IMG/VR virus record: IMGVR_UViG_3300049592_000018
Span: 1,149-65,148 of that record
From: a virus
DNA: 64,000 nt
Strand: one strand, 5' to 3'
Shown here: positions 1 to 8,481 of the stretch, piece after piece
Layout of the letters: each line of letters begins with the position of its first letter
Position numbering within the stretch: the stretch's first letter is position 1
Made by a program: the position numbers and the translations under genes
The notes under the pieces: generated by a model
Database searches by the model: none
What the model was told of the DNA's origin: nothing
Seen by the model: only the letters and a program-made list of their open reading frames with translations

Positions 1-437
1 CGGTCGCCACGGCGAGTACAGGCTACCGCTGGATCGTCGAGCGCTCGCCGGCAGCCGCCGCACTTTTCCGCGACACCGGTGCTTTGTCGTGTGCGATTAA
101 TATGATTCTTGATGGTGTAGCGCTCGAATACCTCATCCGCCAGCTTCACGGGGTCGTCGCCGAGCGCCAGAAAGAGATTCATGAGGCAGTGCAGCGCGTC
201 GACCAGCTCGCCGAGGTAGGCGTCACGGTTGACGTGGTTACCAGGCTGCCACGGCTTCCAGTCGGTCTCATCCAGGGCCTCCTGCAGCTCGGCCGACACC
301 GACAGCTTCATGTCCTTGATGTAGCGGATCCGGTCCGCCGGCAGCATGCGCTGGAAGTTGACGTTGAAGTAGTTGGTCTGGAGATCGTGCTGCAGCTCGA
401 AGAGTCGAATGAGCATGTCGGGGGTCTCACTAATCAC
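1..437 (-). CDS. All-alpha (dimeric dUTPase/dCTPase, MazG-like superfamily) nucleotide pyrophosphatase; runs off the window edge
   Basis: Not in the ORF track. Manual translation from GTG at 437 (AAGGA upstream): MISETPDMLIRLFELQHDLQ...AELQEALDETDWKPW...YLGELVDALHCLMNL...YTIKNHINRTRQ. The E-x-x-E, WKPW, ELVD-x-LH and KN-x-x-N-x-x-RQ motifs fit dimeric dUTPases and T4 gp56-like dCTPases. Confidence 0.8.
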   Translation of the reverse strand, partial: MISETPDMLIRLFELQHDLQTNYFNVNFQRMLPADRIRYIKDMKLSVSAELQEALDETDWKPWQPGNHVNRDAYLGELVDALHCLMNLFLALGDDPVKLADEVFERYTIKNHINRTRQSTGVAEKCGGCRRALDDPAVACTRRGD

Positions 438-559
438 GTAAGTAGTCCTTCCACGCAGAGATAGACGATGCTGACGAGTGTCATACAGAGGATGCCCACA
501 AGTATCACAAATGACCACGAGTAGTGGTGGTGATGGTTGGGATCGTGGGGTTGATTCAC
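434..559 (-). CDS. Small membrane protein (41 aa)
   Basis: GTGA start/stop overlaps with both neighbours; MNQPHDPNHHHHYSWSFVILVGILCMTLVSIVYLCVEGLLT contains one hydrophobic helix. Confidence 0.55.
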   Translation of the reverse strand: MNQPHDPNHHHHYSWSFVILVGILCMTLVSIVYLCVEGLLT

Positions 560-1263
560 GCTACGTCCTCCTGTGTAAATCGTTGATATGCGTCCAACGT
601 ACCGATGTCTAGTGATGACACCGAAATGATGTGATCTTCACCGTCGTGCATGAAGCTACGTAGGTGAGGGCCGATCAACGCCTCCGTACCCAACTCACGT
701 GCATTTTCGCACTCCGTGGTCAGTACATCCAACATGTGAGATCGCCAACCGATGAACGGACCGACCCAACAGGGAATCGTCGCCGCGACGTCACTAGGTT
801 GAAGTGGTACCTTCTCACGCCACACACCGTCCGAGTCGAGTCGTGTAAAACGCGCGGCCTCGGAACGCGGAATCCACCGAACGCCGACGGCGGTGATCTC
901 CTGTTTTATTCTTAGCACATCACCTGTTGAGATGATGTTGTCACTTAACATAACGAGCACACGTTCTGAGTTAAACGTTACTCCTGGTTGCCTGGTTAAA
1001 CCACGAAGAAGTGCGTGACCGGGTCCGAGTGGTTGATCCTGAATAACGGTTAAGACGTCGCGTCCGTTAAGTGCGTTATGAATCACCGACTCGTTCTCCG
1101 GTGCCACCACCACAATGGGTCGTGAGACGCCGACATCGTGCGCTAGGTTGACGAGATGACGGATCAGCGGTATCCCGTTGATCGGAAGAAGAGGTTTATG
1201 GAACTCGGGTATGAGGGCGCTTACCCGTGTTCCTCGACCACCGGCTAGGATCACTGCATCCAT
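556..1263 (-). CDS. Sugar-phosphate nucleotidyltransferase (NTP_transferase family)
   Basis: N-terminal AVILAGGRGTR...KPLLPING signature, QDQPLGPGHAL, and C-terminal LDIGT. Confidence 0.85.
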   Translation of the reverse strand: MDAVILAGGRGTRVSALIPEFHKPLLPINGIPLIRHLVNLAHDVGVSRPIVVVAPENESVIHNALNGRDVLTVIQDQPLGPGHALLRGLTRQPGVTFNSERVLVMLSDNIISTGDVLRIKQEITAVGVRWIPRSEAARFTRLDSDGVWREKVPLQPSDVAATIPCWVGPFIGWRSHMLDVLTTECENARELGTEALIGPHLRSFMHDGEDHIISVSSLDIGTLDAYQRFTQEDVA

Positions 1264-2093
1264 ACGATGGTCTCCTTGATCAGTCCTCGTGTAACATTCA
1301 CTAGAGACTCAACGCACTCGGGAGCGACTCGGTACGCCGTTCGAACACCCCTCATCATGTGAATGATGCTAAAGAGAAGCGCCGCACGTACGTCATCTAT
1401 GTTAAACACCCCCGTTTGCCACGCATTTATCACGTGATTAACTCCACGTCTTACACCGATATGCTCACGTAGTTCACCGTCCGGGTAACGTAGGACCTCA
1501 TAGCCGACGGCCGACTGGATGACGCGACCGACGTCCACCGCGGTTACGTCCGGTAGGGCGTCGCACGCGGGGATCGGATCGATAATGACCATCTTTGTGC
1601 GATTCGTCCTGCTACCCTCGATCGGTCGCTCCATTACGTTGTCGATGATTGGATCACCGTGTGTTAGGCCGACGGTGAGGTTTCGCCAGTTAACTCGACC
1701 ACCGAAGTCTCGTAGTGTGTCGCGGTACTCGGTCATCTTCACCTGACGTAGCAGCCTACGAACGTAGCGTTTATGCTCGCCGCCGTCAAAGCACCGCAGG
1801 CGATGCTTCGAGCGCTCCAACGACCAGATGCTCTCTAGATTAATGATAATCCGATCACACGTTTTTAGGATCTCATCGGCAGATCGAGGAATCTCACACT
1901 CATTTAACCTCTCCATCGTGTAACCGTAACAGTGAACCTCCGTCACGTACGGAAGTGAGGTCGTGTCGGTGCCGACATACCGACGGAGCCAGATGCCCTG
2001 GTCGCGGACGCGTGTTCCGGTGTGCGTGGTGTCGTACTTGACCACCGTGTCGATTAACAGGCAGATCTCCGCACCCGATGAACCCCTGATCAC
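1251..2093 (-). CDS. APH/choline-kinase-like phosphotransferase
   Basis: Catalytic loop THGDPIIDNVM, Mg-binding IIDP, hinge-like YTMERL; translationally coupled to the glycosyltransferase and the nucleotidyltransferase. Confidence 0.75.
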   Translation of the reverse strand: MIRGSSGAEICLLIDTVVKYDTTHTGTRVRDQGIWLRRYVGTDTTSLPYVTEVHCYGYTMERLNECEIPRSADEILKTCDRIIINLESIWSLERSKHRLRCFDGGEHKRYVRRLLRQVKMTEYRDTLRDFGGRVNWRNLTVGLTHGDPIIDNVMERPIEGSRTNRTKMVIIDPIPACDALPDVTAVDVGRVIQSAVGYEVLRYPDGELREHIGVRRGVNHVINAWQTGVFNIDDVRAALLFSIIHMMRGVRTAYRVAPECVESLVNVTRGLIKETIVWMQ

Positions 2094-3457
2094 AATCCAA
2101 GTCTCCTCTCGATCCGGTTGAGGAACAGGCGTTCATCAATCGCATACGCAAGATGTTCACGTTGCAGCTGGATAATATGACGCCAGTATGTCTCGCTCTT
2201 ACAGACGCTCTCGATACGCTCACGTAGCTGCTTCGGCGTCGAGACTCGTAAAAATTGCTGAAGTTCCGGATCCGCATCTTGTAGGATGTTGTTCTGGTCA
2301 TCATACGCCGGGTGAAAAAAGCACACCACACCGGCGGCGAACGACTCCCACGGTTTTGCGGTGGCCCAACCTGAACCGCTGGCCGGCGTCGTAAACGTGG
2401 TTCGTGTAGTATGCAGCTTAGCGATGTACTCAAGCTGCGGCACCGGCTTAATGTCGATGTTCAGCTCATGAAGTGAACGTTCCGACCACTTACCGTGAAT
2501 GAACCCGGGAGTCAGCGGTAGAACCCAGTCACGTAGGATCGTGCGACGCGCCTTGGCCTCATTGACCTCACGACGCGTCTCATTAACGATCATACCGAAG
2601 TTGTGCGGTCGATCGAAGTCGTCGTTGAATCGTACCGTATCCGCGAACGGCGTACCGGGCATCAACGCCGAGATCTCCAATCGCGCGTACACACTGTGAG
2701 AACGCGACGTCCAAAGCTGACCGTCGTGCTGCCAGCCGAGGTTGTCGCTTAGGTACTGACTACCGAACCGCGCGTCGCTGATCTCATCGGCGTCACGAAA
2801 CTCGGTGAAGAGATGTTTACCTAAGCTACCTCGTTCGTGCTTCACGCGGTTGGTCGCCTCGTACTGGGCGATCACCGAGTGACGCCACGGCCACGCCGAA
2901 TCACGGTATTTAACGTAGTTGCGCGCGTCCGAGTTAAGCAGCACCTCCTCGCGGTTTAGTGGATCCTCCATGCGCCACACGTTGATTCCCTGGAGCAGAT
3001 ATGAACCGTAGAGCGTCGCCCAGTCGTACGGCTTTGTCAACACGTTGCGGTCCCTGATCGACGGTAGCGGCGTGTTCGTGGTTCCGTGTTGTCCAAGCCA
3101 CATGATCATACCGTCGAGTTCTTGGAACTCCCGCTGCGTGTGTTCGTGCAGCAGGTTGGCGACACGAGTGTGATCACGAATGGTGAGGTTCGGGTAGTTG
3201 AGAGCGAAACGATTAAGATCCTCTCGAATTGCGAGGGTCCAGTGTTGCCACGGATTGTGAACGTTCGACGGAAGACCAATGCGCTGCGGATTCTCACCTG
3301 AGTTGCGGCCGATCAGGATGAAGTCGACGTTGGTGTGCCGTTCGGCGAGCAGCTTAAGTGTCGGCACCATCTCGATGTCACCACCGAGGCTGCCGCAGCT
3401 CTCAAGTCGAAGTGGCATCGATCTTCCCAGCTTCGCGTAGCCGATCCTAGGCCTCAT
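2090..3457 (-). CDS. GT-B glycosyltransferase resembling T4 DNA beta-glucosyltransferase (putative DNA base glycosyltransferase)
   Basis: Start reassigned to ATG 3457 (MRPRIGYAKLG). C-terminal TAKPWESFAAGVVCFFHPAYDDQNNI...LRVSTPKQLRERIESV resembles the T4 BGT C-terminal domain as recalled, aligned by eye. Lies in the DNA-metabolism operon. Confidence 0.65.
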   Translation of the reverse strand: MRPRIGYAKLGRSMPLRLESCGSLGGDIEMVPTLKLLAERHTNVDFILIGRNSGENPQRIGLPSNVHNPWQHWTLAIREDLNRFALNYPNLTIRDHTRVANLLHEHTQREFQELDGMIMWLGQHGTTNTPLPSIRDRNVLTKPYDWATLYGSYLLQGINVWRMEDPLNREEVLLNSDARNYVKYRDSAWPWRHSVIAQYEATNRVKHERGSLGKHLFTEFRDADEISDARFGSQYLSDNLGWQHDGQLWTSRSHSVYARLEISALMPGTPFADTVRFNDDFDRPHNFGMIVNETRREVNEAKARRTILRDWVLPLTPGFIHGKWSERSLHELNIDIKPVPQLEYIAKLHTTRTTFTTPASGSGWATAKPWESFAAGVVCFFHPAYDDQNNILQDADPELQQFLRVSTPKQLRERIESVCKSETYWRHIIQLQREHLAYAIDERLFLNRIERRLGL

Positions 3458-3707
3458 ATCGGCGCTCCACAATAATCTTACAGTCATAACCCAGCGCGCC
3501 GACGACCCGGCGAAGTACGTATAGTCCGATACCGGTCGCACCGGTCTCGATCTCTGAGATGTGAGACTGGGTGGTCTTGGCGCGTTCGGCCAGCTGACTT
3601 TGTGTGAGATTGGCGTGAATACGCATCTCGGCGATCACGCGACCCAGCCTCGCGTCGGCATCGTGCTCTAGGTGTGTTTTTATCTGCCTCAACTTCTCAC
3701 TCCTCAC
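3447..3707 (-). CDS. XRE-family helix-turn-helix regulator
   Basis: LTQSQLAERAKTTQSHISEIETG is a canonical HTH_3 motif. Confidence 0.9.
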   Translation of the reverse strand: MRSEKLRQIKTHLEHDADARLGRVIAEMRIHANLTQSQLAERAKTTQSHISEIETGATGIGLYVLRRVVGALGYDCKIIVERRYEA

Positions 3708-3715
3708 ATACGTAA

Positions 3716-3746
3716 GAAAAAGTGGTGAGCACCTACGCTCACCACT
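3716..3746 (-). terminator. Rho-independent terminator
   Basis: AGTGGTGAGC/GCTCACCACT 10-bp stem followed by a T-tract on the minus strand, downstream of the SSB-like gene. Confidence 0.7.
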
Positions 3747-3762
3747 CTACCATATGATCATC

Positions 3763-4353
3763 TTAAAACGGTGGCTCTGGCGGAACGGTCGTCGAAGTTG
3801 TCGGAGTCGACGCGGAACCGTCGACTGAAACGCTCGCCGCGGGCGGCGTAGATGCCGTCAGAGGTGTTCCGGCCGGAACCGATGGCGTAGCCGGGGTACC
3901 CGCCGGAATCGAGACCGAGGAGGTGACGCCGCCCATGGTGGTGGCGGTACCACCGAGGGTCTTCGGCTTCCACCCCTGGATCTCTTCACGGTCAACACCC
4001 TGCCACTGGCGTGTACCGACGGTGACGCACGCGCTACGACCGACCAACGCCTGAGCGATCTGCGCCGGCGTAGCGCTGGGGTTCTGCTCGAAGAACCGAG
4101 CGTCGATGCCGAGCGCCGTCCAGTGAGAAAACAGCATGCGCATGGCAGCCGGCGACTCGGGAGAGATCGTGAAGTTGCCGTACAGGGGTCGACCGACGTA
4201 CGGACCGTACTCGACCTTCGCCTTGTACTTAATCATATCCTTGCTACCGTCGTTGGTCTTTTTTGCCTCGGCCTCAACGATCACGACATCGAAGTCGCCC
4301 TCCAGCGCCGTCGTGGCGTCCTTGTGCATGTCTCGCCAGTTGTATTCACTCAC
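3763..4353 (-). CDS. DUF669-like putative single-stranded DNA-binding protein
   Basis: OB-like N-terminus (EGDFDVVIVEAEAKKTNDGSKDMIK), Pro/Thr-rich tail ending PPEPPF, adjacent to the AAA ATPase. Confidence 0.65.
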   Translation of the reverse strand: MSEYNWRDMHKDATTALEGDFDVVIVEAEAKKTNDGSKDMIKYKAKVEYGPYVGRPLYGNFTISPESPAAMRMLFSHWTALGIDARFFEQNPSATPAQIAQALVGRSACVTVGTRQWQGVDREEIQGWKPKTLGGTATTMGGVTSSVSIPAGTPATPSVPAGTPLTASTPPAASVSVDGSASTPTTSTTVPPEPPF

Positions 4354-5120
4354 GCGTTGCTCTCCTCGGTCTTGGGATACACAGCTCGCAGCATATCCGA
4401 GATGTTGGGGTTGTCGATGATGTCGGGAAGTCTTCCCTGCACCCGCTCACCGGTGAGGTAAGCGGGATGCACTCCGGCACCGATTAGAAGTCGCTTAACC
4501 TTAACGACCTGATCGCCGACCGGACGGTTCTCGGTGGTTAGCGCGCCGAGGATGTCGACCCAGTACGGCATGGTGTCACGAATTTGACCCTGCATGTACG
4601 GACGGAACTTACCGTCCTTCATCGTGCTCTCCGAGATGAAGGTAACACAACGAAGAGGGTTCGGTAGCATCGTTAGGTCACGAAAACCCCGGATCAGATC
4701 GTCCATCTGATCGAGAAGTTGACCCCACCGCTGGTGGTCCATCAACTGGCTACCGGTGCGAATGTTGTTCTTACAGCGCCGCTGAACCTCGGTGATCGAG
4801 TCCAACGTTAGTGAGGCAAAGTCGTGCTCATATTGTGAGAGGTGAGCGTGACACTGACGCATCGTCGTCCACGAGTCCACGTGAACGTGAACCAGATCCC
4901 ACGTGTTGTCCCAGCGGGGAATCGCCTCCCGTGCCGGATCCCACTTACGTCGACGAAGTGGTACGCCGGACTTATAGCCGACCTCATCGATGAACTTCCA
5001 GGAACCCTCCGCGTCCAGTACCAGGTGCGGAAACGGTGACGTGCTCGCGAGGGTCGACTTACCCTCCTTGGTGTCCGAGTAGATCAACTGGGATATGACG
5101 TTGTCGGTCTCAATCTTCAA
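4350..5120 (-). CDS. AAA_24/Sak4-like ATPase (recombination)
   Basis: Walker A-like YSDTKEGKST, LDAEGS, Walker B LTLDSITE. Start reassigned to TTG 5120 after GGGAGG. Confidence 0.8.
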   Translation of the reverse strand: MKIETDNVISQLIYSDTKEGKSTLASTSPFPHLVLDAEGSWKFIDEVGYKSGVPLRRRKWDPAREAIPRWDNTWDLVHVHVDSWTTMRQCHAHLSQYEHDFASLTLDSITEVQRRCKNNIRTGSQLMDHQRWGQLLDQMDDLIRGFRDLTMLPNPLRCVTFISESTMKDGKFRPYMQGQIRDTMPYWVDILGALTTENRPVGDQVVKVKRLLIGAGVHPAYLTGERVQGRLPDIIDNPNISDMLRAVYPKTEESNA

Positions 5121-6099
5121 TGACTTCCTCCCTTCCGTAGTAGCTAAGCGGGTCTTGTCTCTCGTAGTGCTCCTCGATCGCCGCCTCCACGCGGGAGCCG
5201 TCGTCAAACATACGGCACACCTTAAAGAACGGACACTTCCAGTGGCAGTCACGCGACGGCCGCGGAGGTACCACGGCGTGGTGACTTACGTGACGCCGAA
5301 GCGCGGACTCTACGTCGATCATTCGGGTGATGATACCCTTAATCTGCGCCTTGTACGCGTTGAACTCGTGAATGTTGTGTGGAATCATACGACGTTCGTA
5401 GAACGGTGGCTTGGAGGCCCGTGTACGCTTGACCTTACGCAGCATGTTGTAGAGCGCGCCGTCACAGCGTTCCTCACCTTCGGTCGTACCTAGAAACTCG
5501 ATGAGGTGGTAGTGAAGCATCTGCCGGTTGAGACCGAGCTGCGGATCGAGGAACGTACCGACCGTCTTATGATCGATGAACAAACGTCGACCGGTGATCC
5601 GACTTCGCACACGAGCGTCGATCTTCCCGATCAACCTCGTCGGTCCCGCGTCGTAGACGTTGATCTCGGCCTCAACGTAGACCTCCGGTGCGATGACCTC
5701 GATGTCTTGGTCGGCCCCGGTCTCCTCGAGCCACTCGACGTAACCGGTGATCATAGCGCGTTCCAGGTCGAACGCCGACGTAAGATCGGCGGACATCTTA
5801 CGCAGTAAAAGTCCATCGACGTCATCCACAACGTCATGTAACTGAGCGTCGTAGATCGCCTGATCCCGCTCCTGCGCCGCGACTAACGTCGCTACCGGAT
5901 CACCCGGAATCTGTCCGTCCGGTACGTAGATCACCGCCAAGGCCTCGTGAATACGGCCGCCGGTCGCCGCCGCGGAGTTCACCGATACCCGACGTGCGGT
6001 TAGTCCGCGGTACCAGGACAGCCACCAGCGTCTTGGGCAGTCCATGAACGTCTGAGCCTCCGAGTTAGAGACCAGGCGAACCCCGTTAACGATCGTCAT
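5110..6099 (-). CDS. PD-(D/E)XK (RecB/Cas4-like) exonuclease
   Basis: N-terminal CPRRWW, GKIDAR...FIDHKT, Q-x-x-x-Y, and C-terminal CHWKCPFFKVC cysteine cluster. Confidence 0.85.
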   Translation of the reverse strand: MTIVNGVRLVSNSEAQTFMDCPRRWWLSWYRGLTARRVSVNSAAATGGRIHEALAVIYVPDGQIPGDPVATLVAAQERDQAIYDAQLHDVVDDVDGLLLRKMSADLTSAFDLERAMITGYVEWLEETGADQDIEVIAPEVYVEAEINVYDAGPTRLIGKIDARVRSRITGRRLFIDHKTVGTFLDPQLGLNRQMLHYHLIEFLGTTEGEERCDGALYNMLRKVKRTRASKPPFYERRMIPHNIHEFNAYKAQIKGIITRMIDVESALRRHVSHHAVVPPRPSRDCHWKCPFFKVCRMFDDGSRVEAAIEEHYERQDPLSYYGREEVIED

Positions 6100-7910
6100 A
6101 TACTTCCTAGGTTGACGTTGAGAATCTTCTCGAGCTCGGCGTCGAGTTCGTCGGTGAATTGATGCGCCGCCGTCAGTGCGGCACGATCACGGTTGATCTC
6201 CTCGACGCGCTCGGCCTTCTCGTAGAGCCGCTCGACCTGAACCTCCTCCACGGTGTTTCGTGCGATGAGGTCGATGATGTTGATGGATTTATGATGCTCC
6301 GAACCGATACGTCGCACGCGACCTTCCGTCTGAAGATTATCACGCAACGCCCAGGAACGCTGAAGGCACACCAGGGTGTTCGCCGCGGTCATCGTTAGAC
6401 CCGTACCGCCGGCCTTATGTGTGAACAAGATGACCGGTAGCTTACCACCCTGAAAGTCACGTAGCGCAATCTCACGCTCAAACGGCTGCTGCCGTCCGGT
6501 GATGAGACCGTAGGGAATCTTCAACCTATCGAGTCGTCGCGCCGCGAGCTCGATCAGCTGTCGGTGCTCGGCCGAAACGGCGAGCTGCGACTCACCGGAC
6601 TCGCCGATGACGTCCTCCAAGGCATCGATCTTACTGGACGGATCGCACATGGTGAATCCGCTAGGGTCGGCCTCCATGGTGGCACTGGAGAACTGGAGCA
6701 GTCGCGTCTGCGCCACCAGGTCGTTCGCCGCGACCATGATCGATCCGTCGGGAAGTCGCGTAACAAGGCCCTCATCCATCTCACGATAGGCCTTGAGCTG
6801 CTTCGGCGTCAGCTCCACGAACCGCTGTGTTCGGATCTTCGGCGGCAGCTGCGGCAGCACCAGGTCCATCGGCATTCGACGGAACCTCGGATCGATCAGT
6901 CGGTAAAATTCATCACGATACTGGGGATGTAGTCCCTTTACGTCGAGTCCACCGTAGGGATTCCACCCCTGGATGCAGTATCGGTTGATGTAGGTAGACT
7001 TAGTCGGGAACTCCAGAGGTTCGAGGAAGTGCATGATTGACCACAGCTCCTCCGGGTCACCCGGCGTACCGGTCAGCGCGTAGCGGCGCCGAACACCGGT
7101 CTGGTGACCGACCGCCCAGGCGGCTCGGGTCTGCTTCGCGTGTGGATCCTTGATCCGATGCGCCTCATCGGCGATGACGCTCTTAAATAAGATCTTATTG
7201 AGCTCCTTGGGATGTACCTCGCATTTTCGCGAGTCCTGAACATCAGGTTGTGGATCACAATCTGGGCAACGCTTGAGGCGCTCGGAACCGAAGCCGGAGA
7301 GACGTGAGTGACCACGTAGACCCTCGAAGTTAATGATCACGAGTGCGTTGGGGTCGGCACCGGCCTCCAGCAGCGTCTTTCGTCTCGTAACGGCGCCACC
7401 ACCGATGATGTAGGGCTCGGCGCGGGGAAGCCACCGACCGGCCTCACGTGCCCACGTAAACTTAACGGAGTTGGGGCAGATGACCAGGGCGGGCAGGGAA
7501 TCATCAATCGTTCGAAGCAGCTCCAGCATCTGGACGGTCTTACCGCAACCCATGTCGTCGCCGAGTAGCGCGGACTCGGCGATGCCCATGAAGTTAACCC
7601 CGACACGCTGGAACGGACGAAGCTTGTCGCCGGACACCGCGGGTACCGGCTCGGTCTGTGTTCGTAAGCTCATTGCGTGATCGATGCGACGTGTACGTTC
7701 GGTGAATGCCCACGCGGTTAGGTGCTCACCGATCGTAAGTGTGTTACCGAACACACCACGAAGTTGGATGCACGCTACCCACGTTAACGGGGCGGTCCAC
7801 GTCTTCTCCGCGTTGTTCCAGCGTACACCGGGTATCAACTTAACCAGATCTCGTTCATTCCAGGTGGTCTGGATGAAGATGCATCGATCAACGATCTCGG
7901 CGTGTGGCAC
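6096..7910 (-). CDS. SNF2-family DNA helicase
   Basis: LLGDDMGCGKT, DEAH, LTGTP, QTEGRVRRIG; small CPDC...CEVH Zn-like insert. Confidence 0.92.
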   Translation of the reverse strand: MPHAEIVDRCIFIQTTWNERDLVKLIPGVRWNNAEKTWTAPLTWVACIQLRGVFGNTLTIGEHLTAWAFTERTRRIDHAMSLRTQTEPVPAVSGDKLRPFQRVGVNFMGIAESALLGDDMGCGKTVQMLELLRTIDDSLPALVICPNSVKFTWAREAGRWLPRAEPYIIGGGAVTRRKTLLEAGADPNALVIINFEGLRGHSRLSGFGSERLKRCPDCDPQPDVQDSRKCEVHPKELNKILFKSVIADEAHRIKDPHAKQTRAAWAVGHQTGVRRRYALTGTPGDPEELWSIMHFLEPLEFPTKSTYINRYCIQGWNPYGGLDVKGLHPQYRDEFYRLIDPRFRRMPMDLVLPQLPPKIRTQRFVELTPKQLKAYREMDEGLVTRLPDGSIMVAANDLVAQTRLLQFSSATMEADPSGFTMCDPSSKIDALEDVIGESGESQLAVSAEHRQLIELAARRLDRLKIPYGLITGRQQPFEREIALRDFQGGKLPVILFTHKAGGTGLTMTAANTLVCLQRSWALRDNLQTEGRVRRIGSEHHKSINIIDLIARNTVEEVQVERLYEKAERVEEINRDRAALTAAHQFTDELDAELEKILNVNLGSI

Positions 7911-7942
7911 CGTCTCACTACTCCCTTCTCGCTACCTGAGAG

Positions 7943-8374
7943 CTATAATCCTATCAAATCCGCGTACGTTTCGGGATGATACTGTGCCATAAGAAGAAGT
8001 ACGTGTCCGGTGGCGGCGTTGGCGTGACCGTCCTTCGTTTGTATGTAGAATCCCAGCTCCCTAAGACGCCGTGGCGTACCGATGCGCTGCGCCGAGCTCG
8101 GCGACTGGTACACACAACGTACGACGTTATCATCACAAAATGACCTAACGGCACCGGTTACGTAGTAGGCCTCGGGTTGATGAGTCTTACGTCCGTTCTG
8201 CTTATACCTTTCCACACCGACCAGGTTAGGTCGATCCCCCTTAAGCATACGACGAAGCGTCGGAACCGTGTCCGTAGCCTTAACCTCCGCCGTCGCCAGC
8301 GTCGTCTCACTAGGCGGTGATCGCCAGATCGAGATACCGGTGATCTTTCCGGGGTCGACGCCAACCAGTATCAC
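7943..8374 (-). CDS. RuvC-like Holliday junction resolvase
   Basis: ILVGVDPGKITGIS, VGVE, HANAA; GTG start at 8374 overlaps the upstream stop. Confidence 0.7.
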   Translation of the reverse strand: MILVGVDPGKITGISIWRSPPSETTLATAEVKATDTVPTLRRMLKGDRPNLVGVERYKQNGRKTHQPEAYYVTGAVRSFCDDNVVRCVYQSPSSAQRIGTPRRLRELGFYIQTKDGHANAATGHVLLLMAQYHPETYADLIGL

Positions 8375-8481
8375 GGTGCCTCTCCCGTGAACTGGGTCAC
8401 GACGCACATGTAAAACATCAACGTGCCGACGGAGAGCGCGATGGCTACAACGGTACCCATGTTTATCTTCTTCCTGCTCAC
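8371..8481 (-). CDS. Small membrane protein (36 aa)
   Basis: MSRKKINMGTVVAIALSVGTLMFYMCVVTQFTGEAP; GTGA overlaps at both ends. Confidence 0.5.
   Translation of the reverse strand: MSRKKINMGTVVAIALSVGTLMFYMCVVTQFTGEAP

Noticed and set aside
84-464. 126-aa plus-strand ORF in the track
   Set aside because: Antisense shadow of the minus-strand dUTPase/dCTPase, which has clear family motifs.
3447-3707. XRE gene as a prophage immunity repressor implying a temperate lifestyle
   Set aside because: It is embedded in the DNA-metabolism operon, with no divergent cro, integrase or parAB in the window; lifestyle cannot be settled because part of the genome lies outside the window.
5110-6099. Cas4-like nuclease as evidence of a CRISPR system
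   Set aside because: No repeat-spacer array or other cas genes; such nucleases are standard in phage recombination modules.
7215-7275. Cys-rich insertion in the SNF2 helicase as a possible intein
   Set aside because: Only about 25 aa, with no intein N-terminal block or HN-C/S/T end; looks like a zinc knuckle.
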